A stretch of 64,000 bases of DNA, from contig NC_091290.1 of NCBI RefSeq assembly GCF_032444005.1, forward strand, positions 119,908,001 through 119,972,000, in the 5' to 3' direction. Origin of the DNA: Ranitomeya imitator. Lineage: Eukaryota. The notes under the pieces are model-generated. The model did no database searches. It was not told the origin of the DNA and saw only the letters and a list, made by a program, of their open reading frames with translations. A program made the translations under genes and the position numbers. Position 1 is the first letter of the stretch. Every line of letters begins with the position of its first letter. Below, one piece after another: positions 38,501 through 49,500 of the stretch.

Positions 38501-41500
38501 ACTGTATCACATACTTATTTTCCCCACTGTATATAAATAGTATATATCAAAAAGATTAATTTAGAATAAAAATATTTACATAGATTCATTGTTACTTACT
38601 GAGTTTAGTGTTCACTTGTAAATCAATGGAGGAAAAGATTTCAAAGTCAATAGAATGTTCAACCTGAACACTAAAAATTAAATATAAGACAAAACATTAC
38701 GTACTTATATTTTGAAAATAATGCCAAATCCAATATATTATATGACATCTTAGATCAGAGATATGTTCACCTTTAAACACTGTTTTACAGGTTATGTATA
38801 ATCTACAGTATACAGAGCTTAAACACCACGGCACCGTACGAATGTAGTGGTCGCTCTCAGGTACTGCAGCTCAGCTCCCATTGAGATGAATGAGACCTGA
38901 GCTGCAGTACCGAGAATGACCACTATGCGATGCACAGAGCTGCGATATTTTGGCTCCATACATTCTGCACTTGTGCATCAGTTGACCAGTGATGGTGTCA
39001 GGTTCTGTGCCCCATAATCTAATATTTTATATATTAAACATCCTCTCCATATCATTTCTATGTATATATTTATAGAGTATATTTTATAATTTTCATATCC
39101 ACTTACAACCAGGTCCCATATCCGTAGTTCAGAGTTCCTTTGAAAGATGCGCTGACGTTTTTGATCATGATCTCCACGGCGTCATCCTCCTTCAGATCCA
39201 CTTCACTGCTTTCTATCGATAGATTACTGATCTGAATACTGAAGCAGATGCACCTTGGTCAGTGTCTGTATTATTTACCCTAAATGAGCAGCTACACCGG
39301 TCAGCAGGCTATGTCGCCTTATGCAAAGGCAGCAAATTTGTGCAAAGGTACGCTGTTCTTATAACCCAAATAATGTGTGGTTTGTCTAATAGGAGCAATC
39401 AAATATACGGCACATGGTTATGAGTATAGTGCATGAAGAGAGCGCTCCTCACACCTACTCACTGGCTACCCTTGATGCAGAGAAGCAAGGAGTCAGTCAC
39501 TGCAGAGTGGGGGTGAGCGCACCTCATCATGAATATATCAGACTTATAACTAAGAGACCAGACCTATCTCCATATATTTGGCTGGTCTGCTTTAATGCTA
39601 GCACTAGGATTTGTGATTTGCTAGTGGTGGACTTTTGTAACAGTACATCTTTATAGATTGTGTACTATATTTACTATTATTTTTATTATTATTCTATTAT
39701 AATTATTATTAATGTTGTTATTATTTTTATTATTATTTTTATTGCCATTATGTGTATTGTTATTTTTATATTTTATTATTTTTATTGTTATTATTATTAT
39801 TTGTATTATTATTATTATCGTTATTTGTATTATTTTTTTATTGTTATTATTACTGTTGTTATTATTATTATTCACTGTCAATTTTTCCACCTCACCTTCC
39901 TAGGGCCATAACTCTTTTTTTTTTGTTTGGGTCAATATGAGCTGAGCTTTTATTACTACCACATTTTGAGGTCCATATGATTTTTTTATCTCTTTTTTTT
40001 TTGCAGGGGGTGGGGGTATTTAAGTAGCCAACAATCAATTATTCTACCATTTCAGATACTTTTTCACTGTCTTCAGGTTAAAAAAATGTACTAAATAGTA
40101 TGATGTGTTATACGGGCGGACAGTAATGCATGTTCCAATACAAAATATGTTTGTTTGTTTTTTTTTAATTTTATTTATGATCTGGAAAAGGAGGGTAGAG
40201 CTTAACCTATATATACACCATACATATAGCCTAAGAAGGTCCTACAAGTTCATGGGAGTATAAATAAATTGTATAGCCAATAGAGATACTGAATTGATAA
40301 AAAAGGTACATTTTATTAACATATAAATCAGACAAAAAAACACAATTAAAAAAGGGAATCTACCGGTAAATGTAAATTTATAACTTGCATTATTTTATGA
40401 AGCAATTGTTGGATGGTATTTAGGTTACTAAATAGAATATGGCTCTATATGAAGAAATTGTGCTTCATTTTCACAATTTTTTTTTTACATGTGTAAAGAA
40501 GGTCCATATGAAATCAACAGTCCATTGCACAATGTCTCTATCTAGTGGAGTCAGATGGAAATACAATTAAAATGGAGGCATATGGGAATACAATCACAGC
40601 CCCAGAAGAATAAATATAAAGTCCAAAGTGCATTAAATTCAACCTTTAAAAAAGGGAGACAACTTCAGGTATTCAAGAGTGGAGGAACACAATGAACATT
40701 TCAGATCATGAATAAATACATCATATTTACCAGGACTTGAACCCCCTAACGCGCGTTTCGCTTTGTTGCTTCTTCAGAGAAGCTTCTCCGTGTCCCTCCA
40801 CCTTGCTGCTGAAACCTCAGCACACGCTGCAGCTGTCAGGTGGAGACCGAACACACTTGGACTAAGGCTCGCTCACTCTTTAGCTGGACTCAGAAAATGC
40901 TAATTTTAATACGAGGATTATAATAATTAAATTAAATGGCCATTCTGACTTTAATTTTCAAAGTGATGTAAATGTACCAGCCTCATCAGGTCTGTGATCT
41001 ATTTAATAATGCATGCACTGCGTATTGTCAAATCTGGAGACATTATAGTTCCTGGATGACTCATAGCCAAACATGTGGCCACTTTTTTTTGCCATAAAAG
41101 CACCACCTAAGACACTGCGCTTCTGCTAAAAATCCTGTGTCATCGCAGCCTTAGGCCCCCTTCACACGTCAGTGCCTTCAGTACGTGTGGTGACAGTTTT
41201 CACATGTGCTGGACACACTTACACATGTAGACCCATTCAAGTAAATGGGTCTGTGCACGTCAGTGTGTTTCCCGGACCGTGTGAAAAACACGTAGACATA
41301 TCCCGTTTGGCCAGCAGCACAGTCCGCATTACATCCTGCACACTGATGACATCACTAACCCCTGGGCTTGATGTCAGCAGACATAAAATGACTGACATCA
41401 ACCCCAAAACTATTACCCCACTTGCCAACGTACCAGGACAAGTGGGAAGAGCCAAGAGTAAGAGCCAGAATTGGCGCATTTTATGGATGCACCATTTCTG

Positions 41501-44500
41501 GGGTGAATGAGGGCTAGTGTTCTTAGCCTGGGAAAGGGCCAATATCCATGACCCCTTCCCAGCCTATTAATATCAGCCCGTAGCTGTCTGTTTAACCTTT
41601 GCTGTTTAGTAAAAATAGGGGGGGCCCCCTTTTTACTAACCAGTAAAGGCTAATCACACAGCTGTGAGCTGTTATTAATATGCTGGGAACCTTTTTGGGT
41701 ATTGGCCCCCTTCCAAGAATAATAACAACAGCCCCGAGCTGCTTGCTTTCCCTCAGCTGGTTAGGAAAAATAAGGGTGACCTCAAGCCATTTAAAACAAT
41801 AATTATTTAATATGCGCGATACACAGACGGTGGATGCTGACTACAACTGTCATCGCAGGGAGACCATGCGATGATGATGATGAGTGTTGTAGTTAGTGCT
41901 ATTCCCAGGAGGTGTGTACTGACTAACTGTCATCAGCGTCGCCTGGTCTCGCTGATCGCAGAGAGCATGTGACGATGGTGAGAGCTGGATTCAGCACCCG
42001 ACGCCTCAGAACCGCGTTAACTATACTGATTTTCCCTAGACACATAGACATAGATAGCACCGGAACTGTTTTTTTCCAGGACATGTGAAAGAGCCCTTAG
42101 TGTGTTGTACCCCTGGGGTGTCAAACTGCATTCCTCGAGGGCTGCAAACAGGTCATGTTTTCAGGATTTCCTTGTACTGCACAGGTGATAATTTAATCAC
42201 CAACTCATTATTTGTGTAGGTGATTAAATTATCACCTGTGCAGTACAAGGAAATCCTGAAAACATGACCTTTTTGCAGCCCTCGAGGAATGCATTTTGAC
42301 ACCCCTGTTGTACCCGGTTCATAAAATTCAACAATGCTGTCATTCTTACTTTGTTAAACCATATGTCACTTTCCCCAAAAAGCTGACAGCTTTTTCTCCC
42401 GTGATGTTAGGAAAAGAGGCATGTCTGAAAGCAGCCTGGATAACTTCAGAAGTCTTCTCATTCACTGGAAAGGCACATGAAGAAGTCAAACCATTTACTG
42501 TATAATGGCACACAGAAAAGTTTTAACACTTTAAGGAAAAAAAAATGTATGGATGGTAGCAGCACGATGGTGAGCTTGTGTAGGAACAGTTTGTAGCTGT
42601 ATTGTGGTATTATTGGTAATATTTGGCTTTGAAAAAGTGTGTTCTACTCTAGGAGTGTGGTAATATTATTCATTTTGTAGTGGAAATGGTTTTGGTTAAG
42701 GTTTAGCGGTTTTACTTTGGATCAGTATAGTGGTATCATTGGTAATGATGGTCTTTATACAGTGTGCTTTGTTTTGTAGAAGTATGGTAATAGTATTCAT
42801 TCATTAAGGAGTGGAAATGGTTGTTACCATCATGTAACGGTATTACTTCAGTCAAGTATAGTAGTATTATGGGCAATAATTGGCTTTGCACAGTGTGTTT
42901 TGTTCCGTATAAGTATGTTAATACTATTCATTATGGAGTAGAAATGGTTGTTGTTATGGTGTGGTGGCATCATTTTAATCTAGTATAGAAGTATTATTGT
43001 AATATTAGTCCTTGTACAGTGTGTAATGCTCTGTAAAAGTACGGTAATAATATTTGCTGTCTGTGTGGGGATACGGCTGTGGTTATGGTGTGGCAGTATT
43101 ATTTCATCCTGTAATAGAGGTATTATCGGTAATAGTCTGTGTAGCTTTGTGTTTTGTAGAAGTATGGTAACATTATTCATTTTATATATAGTGGACACGT
43201 TTTGGTTATGGTTTGGCGGTATTAGTTTTGCCTAGTATAGGGTATTATTGGTCAAACTGTGCTTTGTTCTGTAGTCCTGGTAATATTAATTCGCTATGTA
43301 GTGGGAATAGTTATGGTCACAGTGTGGCAATATTATTGGGAATATTGTTTTTTGTACTGTATGTGTATGTTCTCTAAAAGTATTGGTAATATAATTTCAC
43401 TAAGTAGTGGATATGATAGCGGTCACAGTATGGCGGTATTATTGGTCATTAAACTGTTTTATTCTGTAGAAGTATTGGTAATATTAATTCGCTATGTAGT
43501 GGGAATAGTTGTGGTCACAGTATGGCGGTATTATTGGTTTTTGTACTGTGTGTATGTTCTCTATAAGTATTGGTAATATTTTACAATGTAGTGGATGTGG
43601 CTGTGATCACAGTATGTCGGTAATATTTTGGCTTAGTATAGTGGTATTATTGGTGATAATGGGCTTTCTATAGCATATTGTCCCTTAGGGCTAGTTTCTC
43701 TGGTGTAAATACGTATAAATAAAATGGAGCTCACTTTCTCATGGAGTATAATGGCGCAGGGTTGATGTATGAGACATACTTGTATAAGCATTAAACACAA
43801 TCTTATCTGCAGCTTAGTGGAAACCTCCTGTGAACATAACAGGACTACACGGGGCTGTGTGCGAGCAAATATATCCTGACAATAGTATTATAGAAGTGAC
43901 TTCAATATTTGTGTACATTAATGCCTATACATTACATAATTATTATAATACGATTCTATATGTCAGGACTACGTTTCTGTGAGGTAAATTTATGAGGAAA
44001 AAGTGTCATATTTTGGACACATTAATGCCTTCTGGTCCAAAGCAGCCAAAACACAGCTTATACACAGGTGAGGTAAAATGAAAGCTGCTCTGTGGTTGGT
44101 TGCTATGGGCAACGAGGCCTGTTCTGACATATGAGGCCTAATGTTGTGGAAAAAAGATTGAGAAATCTAACTTTTTTTCCCAATGATAAAATTCAGTGAC
44201 AGAAATTTCTGTAACAAAATCTGTCTTACGCTACGTTTCCACAATGCGTTTTTTTTTTTTTTACTCTGTGTATTTTTGATAAAATGCAAGTAGCCTATTT
44301 TACTTACTGGGTGCGGAAAATCTGCAACATCAAAAGCTCATTGTGGGAACATAAGGGAATCCATCAGCAGGATTTTATACCCCAAACTATGTATATGTGC
44401 ATGTAGCCCTTTCAAAGACAAGTCCGGCAATACGGTTACATGGCTGGTCAGTTCAACCATTACTGAGAAATCAGCGTTGGTACTGATATGCAAATGAAGA

Positions 44501-45341
44501 TGAAGTGCTATGGTAGATCTGAAGCCTCTGTCACTCTAGCTCTATTCCGCACTCAAAGCTGCTTTCTCCTGCTTGACGGGATAGCCTCTATGCTGTGTGA
44601 AAGCAGGCAAAGGAGCTGTTGGTCAAACAGGAGGGGGAATAGAGCTGGAGAGACGGAGGATTCAGATCCACAAATAGCTCTTCAGCCTCATTTGCATATC
44701 TATTTAATTGCTGATTTTTAAAAAATACGATGAGCCTGCACAGAGAGTGGAGTATTGGATCAAACATATATATTGAATTTGTACAGTGGCGCGTGCATGC
44801 TCATCCAAGAACTGAGTGCTGCTGCATGCAGAAGAGAGTATCAGTGCAATATTTTGAGCTATTGGTGGTGGTCTCAGGAGCCGAATCCACACCAATTGGC
44901 AGCACATTTAGTTATGTAAAACATCTAAACAAAAAAATATATTAAAAGGATAATCAGCTATATATAATGTGATGAATCTGTACAGTGGCGCGTGCATGCT
45001 CATCCAAGAACTGAGTGCTGCTGCATGCAGAAGAGAGTATCAGTGCAATATTTTGAGCTATTGGTGGTGGTCTCAGGAGCCGAATCCACACCAATTGGCA
45101 GCACATTTAGTTATGTAAAACATCTGAACAAAAAAATATATTAAAAGGATAATCATCTATATATAATGTGATGGAGTGGAGCATGACAAGGTTCCCGAAG
45201 ATGACGCAATAACTTACACACTAATGCTGCTGGCTTTGTCACCCTGCAGACTATGCCCGTCTCTTGGGTGGATGATGGCGTAAACTCACAGGCTGATGAA
45301 ATTCTCAGAAAGTAGATTGTGACGAGGATCAGTGGCCACAT
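20505..45341 (-). CDS. CETP: Cholesteryl ester transfer protein, complete, 16 exons, 492 aa
   Basis: Exons 45341-45218, 42464-42350, 39238-39107, 38670-38600, 36572-36485, 36392-36323, 33581-33521, 32720-32629, 29175-28996, 28592-28542, 27289-27137, 26551-26484, 25948-25906, 22722-22653, 21670-21585, 20579-20505 (1479 nt, all GT-AG, phases consistent). Peptides [32 protein letters not shown] and [14 protein letters not shown]; many exon lengths (115, 71, 88, 70, 61, 92, 180, 51, 68, 86) equal those I recall for human CETP. AATAAA at 20422-20417. Exon 13 boundaries are the least certain. Confidence 0.96.
23071..24927. mobile_element. Solo LTR (about 647 bp net) interrupted by a second LTR
   Basis: TGTC...GACA termini; 5-bp TSD GTAAT (23066-23070) / GTCAT (24928-24932); flanks rejoin into the repeat seen uninterrupted at 36776-36800. 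Confidence 0.65.
23491..24696. mobile_element. Solo LTR, 1206 bp, Gypsy-like
   Basis: 11-bp inverted termini TGCAGCGCCCC...GGGGCGCTGCA and perfect 4-bp TSD CACG (23487-23490, 24697-24700); no coding remnants seen. Confidence 0.85.
27316..28491 (+). mobile_element. Tc1-family DNA transposon fossil, 5'-truncated, in CETP intron 10
   Basis: ORF 27600-28289 carries [21 protein letters not shown] and [11 protein letters not shown] (DD34E triad); N-terminal part is in another frame with an internal deletion; right end ...CCCACTG+TA at 28491. Confidence 0.92.
29351..30170 (+). repeat. 52-53-bp minisatellite x16, one CCAAT box per unit
   Basis: Unit TAGCCATGTTTTGATTGGCCAGTGTCAAAGGAAAAAAGCATCTTCGTGGGC(A/G). 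Confidence 0.95.
34440..36250 (-). mobile_element. Decayed L1-clade LINE ORF2 3' half in CETP intron 6
   Basis: Fragments [22 protein letters not shown] (late RT), GVLEAPD..(GLG.PD-like) and [25 protein letters not shown] (C-terminal Cys-His domain); many stops. Ends approximate. Confidence 0.78.
36873..38529 (-). mobile_element. Degenerate Tc1-family transposon with long TIRs in CETP intron 4
   Basis: Broken transposase pieces [43 protein letters not shown]; about 150-bp inverted arms at 36875-37023 and 38345-38490; end CCCCACTG+TA; internal 127-bp tandem duplication (37981/38108). Confidence 0.9.
39655..39875 (+). repeat. Degenerate (TAT)n microsatellite
   Basis: TAT/TTA runs with rare G or C. 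Confidence 0.9.
40743..40782 (-). ncRNA. Minimal hammerhead ribozyme motif in CETP intron 2 (sense to CETP)
   Basis: Minus strand CTTCT-CTGAAGA-A-GC-AACAAA-GC-GAAA-CGCGCG-TT-AGGGG: helix I 5 bp (2 GU), helix II only 2 bp, palindromic helix III, GUU triplet. Confidence 0.62.
41154..42096. mobile_element. Non-autonomous PIF/Harbinger-type DNA transposon
   Basis: TTA on both sides (41151-41153, 42097-42099); TIR GGCCCCCTTCACACGTC versus (reverse complement) GGGCTCTTTCACATGTC. Confidence 0.72.
42113..42307. mobile_element. hAT-type palindromic MITE
   Basis: TIR C(A/T)GGGGTGTCAAA, about 88-bp near-perfect arms, perfect 8-bp TSD TTGTACCC (42105-42112, 42308-42315). Confidence 0.88.
42590..43680 (+). 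repeat. Old degenerate ~120-bp tandem repeat in CETP intron 1
   Basis: Recurring TATTATTGGTAAT...TGTGCTTTGTT(C/T)TGTAGAAGTATGGTAATA...GTGG(A/G)AAT motifs. Confidence 0.7.
44468..44718. mobile_element. MITE-like inverted-repeat element carrying two octamer motifs
   Basis: AAATCAGC..GATATGCAAATGA and TCATTTGCATATC..GCTGATTT arms; ATGCAAAT at 44488 and ATTTGCAT at 44690. Confidence 0.5.
44781..45174 (+). repeat. Recent 199-bp tandem duplication
   Basis: GTACAGTGGCGCGTGCATGC... starts at 44781 and 44980; copies differ at only a few positions. Confidence 0.92.
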
Positions 45342-46501
45342 GGTGATGCTTCTGCACGGAGGCGGCGAGTGAGATCTGCTTCTAGTGCTCCAAAAAAAAT
45401 TACATAAAAAAAAAAAAAAAAATCACAGGAAACTACACACTTCCTTTGTGTTAGGAAGGGGCACAGGGTTATAGCCAGTTATTACAATTGCTGGAAATGG
45501 GTCACACAAAGTAACAGAATATTACACATCTGCAAAGTTTACTAAAGTTTACAAAGCAGCAAAAACTAAATGCGATTATGGTCGTGGTGCACTTACGGTC
45601 ATTTTTTTATTTTTATTTCAAAGAAAGTTCATCTAAAGGGTTTCCTAGAACTGTTGCAAAAGTCAGCAAAAACACTCCCAAAAGGTACTATTGCCAAAAA
45701 CAAAAGCCCGTGCACATAGTGATTCCAGTATATTGTGTCAAGTACCGCTCATATAACAGGGTGGTGGTCCACCTGAGGATTCTCCTATTCTCCTGTGGGC
45801 TAGTCCAAGCCTGGCTCGGAGAACAAAAGGATCAGGAATTGTAAAAATAAATAAATAAAAATAAATCAACAAAATTGTCCAATTTTAATGTGTGTGTCGG
45901 AGGTTTTTACATCACCCCTGTAGAAATGTTTAAGGCAATGTTCCCATGTGCAAAAGCACTTTTCTCCTGCACTTGTCTACTCAAAATTGCGCAATTGCAA
46001 TTTGCTTGATTGCCGCATCACCACCCCAGATTTTTTTTTTTTAAATTTGCAGTTTGTAAGAGACATTTATTTAATGCAGGAACAAAAAAAAGTTCAGTAG
46101 CATTTGGGCATTAGTTTTCATGAAATGTCAAAATGCATATTTTCTGCACAAAAAAAAAAAAAATATTGCAGGTCTCGCTCATATGTGGATTGTGTATATT
46201 TATCTTTTAGTTTGCATTAGGAATCAGTGGCACATATTGCTGATAACGAGTGGAAATCTTTGTTTTCTGTCATATTCCCATTTAGCGGAAATACTTTTTT
46301 CCTGTCCCTAGTAATTACCTTGCAAGACCCCGTCTTCCGATGTTCTTGGTGCAGCTCTGGTCGTCTTCTGCCAGTTGTCATCTGCCAGATTGGTCCGATG
46401 TTTGCTGAGTCTATGCGAGCTAGAACGTGGCTTTCAGTCTTGGCCAGGTGCAGACAATCTTTTATTCTCTCAGCTGAGAGAATTGGGTGATTATGTGGTT
46501 C

Positions 46502-49500
46502 TTTAAATCACCATTTCAAGTTTTCTGCTAATTACATTTCAGTGCACAGGGGCCAGATTGTGCATTGGGTTTTCTCCTCCTTTCTGTCATTCCCCGCCCC
46601 TCCGCCTTCGTCTGTGCTCAGCAGGTCACGGCTAAGATTTCAAACAGAGGCCGCAAATCATTCAAAGACAGGAAGCAGGCGGAGGGGGGCGGGGAATCAC
46701 AGACCGGAGGCAGGCGGAGGGGGGCGGAGAATCACAGACCGGAGGCAGGCAGAAGGGGGCGGGGAATCACAGACAGGAGGCAGGCGGAGGGGGGCGGAGA
46801 ATCACAGACAGGAGGCAGGCAGAAGGGGGCGGGGAATCACAGACAGGAGGCAGGCAGAAGGGGGCGGGGAATCACAGACAGGAGGCAGGCAGAGGGGGCG
46901 GGGAATCACAGACAGGAGGCAGGCAGAGGGGGCGGGGAATCACAGACAGGAGGCAGGCAGAGGGGGCGGGGAATCACAGACAGGAGGCAGGCAGAAGGGG
47001 GCGGGGAATCACAGACAGGAGGCAGGCGGAGGGGGGCGGAGAATCACAGACAGGAGGCAGGCAGAAGGGGGCGGGGAATCACAGACAGGAGGCAGGCAGA
47101 AGGGGGCGGGGAATCACAGACAGGAGGCAGGCAGAGGGGGCGGGGAATCACAGACAGGAGGCAGGCAGAGGGGGCGGGGAATCACAGACAGGAGGCAGGC
47201 AGAGGGGGCGGGGAATCACAGACAGGAGGCAGGCAGAAGGGGGCGGGGAATCACAGACAGGAGGCAGGCGGAGGGGGGCGGGGAATCACAGACAGGAGGC
47301 AGGCGGAGGGGGGCGGAGAATCACAGACAGGAGGCAGGCAGAGGGGGCGGGGAATCACAGACAGGAGGCAGGCAGAGGGGGGGCGGGGAATCACAGACAG
47401 GAGGCAGGCAGAGGGGGCGGGGAATCAGACAGGAGGCAGGCAGAGGGGGGCGGGGAATCACAGACACGAGGCAGGCGGAGGGGGCCGAGGAATCAGACAG
47501 GAGGCAGGCGGAGGGGACCGTGGAATCACAGACTGGAGGCAGGCGGAGGGGACCGTGGAATCACAGACTGGAGGCAGGCGGAGGGGACCGTGGAATCACA
47601 GACTGGAGGCAGGCGGAGGGGACCGTCGAATCACAGAATGGAGGCAGAGGGGCTGGGGAATCACAGACAGGAGGCAGCCGGAGGGGGGCGGGGAATCACA
47701 GACAGGAGGCAGGCAGAGGGGGTTGGGGAATCACAGACAGGAGGCAGCCGGAGGGGGGCAGGGAATCACAGACAGGAGGCAGCCGGAGAGGGGTGGGGAA
47801 TCACAGACCGGAGGCAGGCGGAGGGCGACGTGGAATCACAGACCGGAGGCAGGCGGAGGGCGACGTGGAATCACAGACAGGAGGCAGCCGGGGGGGTGGG
47901 GATTCACAGACAGGAAGCAGGGAGGGGGGGGGGGTGGAGAATCACATATAGGAGGCAGGCGGAGGGGGCGGGGAATTAGACAGGAGGCAGGCGGAGGGGG
48001 CGGGGAATCACAGACAGGAGGCAGGCAGAGGGGGCGGGGAATTAGGAGGCAGGCGGAGGGGCGGGGAATCACAGACAGAAGGCGAATCAGACACGAGGCA
48101 GGTGGAGGCAGGCGGAGAATCACAGACAGGAAGCAGGTGGAAGGAGGCAGTGAATCACAGATAGGAGACAGATGGAGGGGGTGGGGAATCACAGATAGGA
48201 GGCAGGCGGAGGGGGCGGAGAAGCACAGACACGAGGCAGGCGGAGGGGGCCGAGGAATCACAGACAGGAGGCAGGCGGAGGGGACCGGGGAATCACAGAA
48301 TGGAGGCAGGCGGAGGGGACCGTTGAATCACAGAACGGAGGCTGACAGAGGGGCCGGGGAATCACAGACAGGAGGCAGGCAGAGGGGGCGGGGAATCATA
48401 GACAGGAGGCAGGCAGAGGGGGGTGGGGAATCAGACAGGAGGCAGCTGGAGGGGGCGGAGAATCATAGACAGGAGGCAGGCAGAGGGGGCCAGGGAATCA
48501 CAGACAGGAGGCAGGCAGAGGGGGCGGGGAATCAGACAGGAGGCAGGCAGAGGGGGGCGGGGAATCACAGACAGGAGGCAGGCAGAGGGGGCGGGGAATC
48601 CCAGACAGAAGGCAGAGGGGGGCGGGGAGTCACAAACAGGAGGCAGGCAGAGGGGCGGGGAATCAGACAGGAGGCAGCTGGAGGGGGCAGGGAATCACAG
48701 ATAGGAGGCAGGCAGAGGGGGTGAGGAGGCAGGCAGAGGGGGCGGGGAATCACAGAAAGGAGGCAGGCGTAGGGGGTGGGGAATCACAGACAGGAGGCAG
48801 AGGGGCAGGGAATCAGACAGGAGGCATCCGGAGAGGGGCGGGGAATCACAGACAGAAGGCAGAGGGGGGGCGGGGAGTCACAAACAGGAGGCAGGCAGAG
48901 GGGCGGGGAATCAGACAGGAGGCATCCGGAGAGGGGCGGGGAATCACAGATAGGAGGCAGGCAGAGGGGGCGGGGAATCACAGACAGGAGGCAGGCAGAG
49001 GGGGGCGGGGAATTAGACAGGAGGCAGGCGGAGGGGGCGGGGAATCACAGACAGGAGGCAGGCAGAGGGGGCGGGGAATTAGGAGGCAGGCGGAGGGGCG
49101 GGGAATCACAGACAGAAGGCGAATCAGACACGAGGCAGGTGGAGGCAGGCGGAGAATCACAGACAGGAAGCAGGTGGAAGGAGGCAGTGAATCACAGATA
49201 GGAGACAGATGGAGGGGGTGGGGAATCACAGATAGGAGGCAGGCGGAGGGGGCGGAGAAGCACAGACACGAGGCAGGCGGAGGGGGCCGAGGAATCACAG
49301 ACAGGAGGCAGGCGGAGGGGACCGGGGAATCACAGAATGGAGGCAGGCGGAGGGGACCGTTGAATCACAGAACGGAGGCTGACAGAGGGGCCGGGGAATC
49401 ACAGACAGGAGGCAGGCAGAGGGGGCGGGGAATCATAGACAGGAGGCAGGCAGAGGGGGGTGGGGAATCAGACAGGAGGCAGCTGGAGGGGGCGGAGAAT

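Noticed and set aside
45440-45560. Possible HNF4/FOXA sites in the CETP promoter (GGGGCACAGGGTTA, AAGTTTAC)
   Set aside because: Matches are too degenerate to support without a matrix scan or conservation data.
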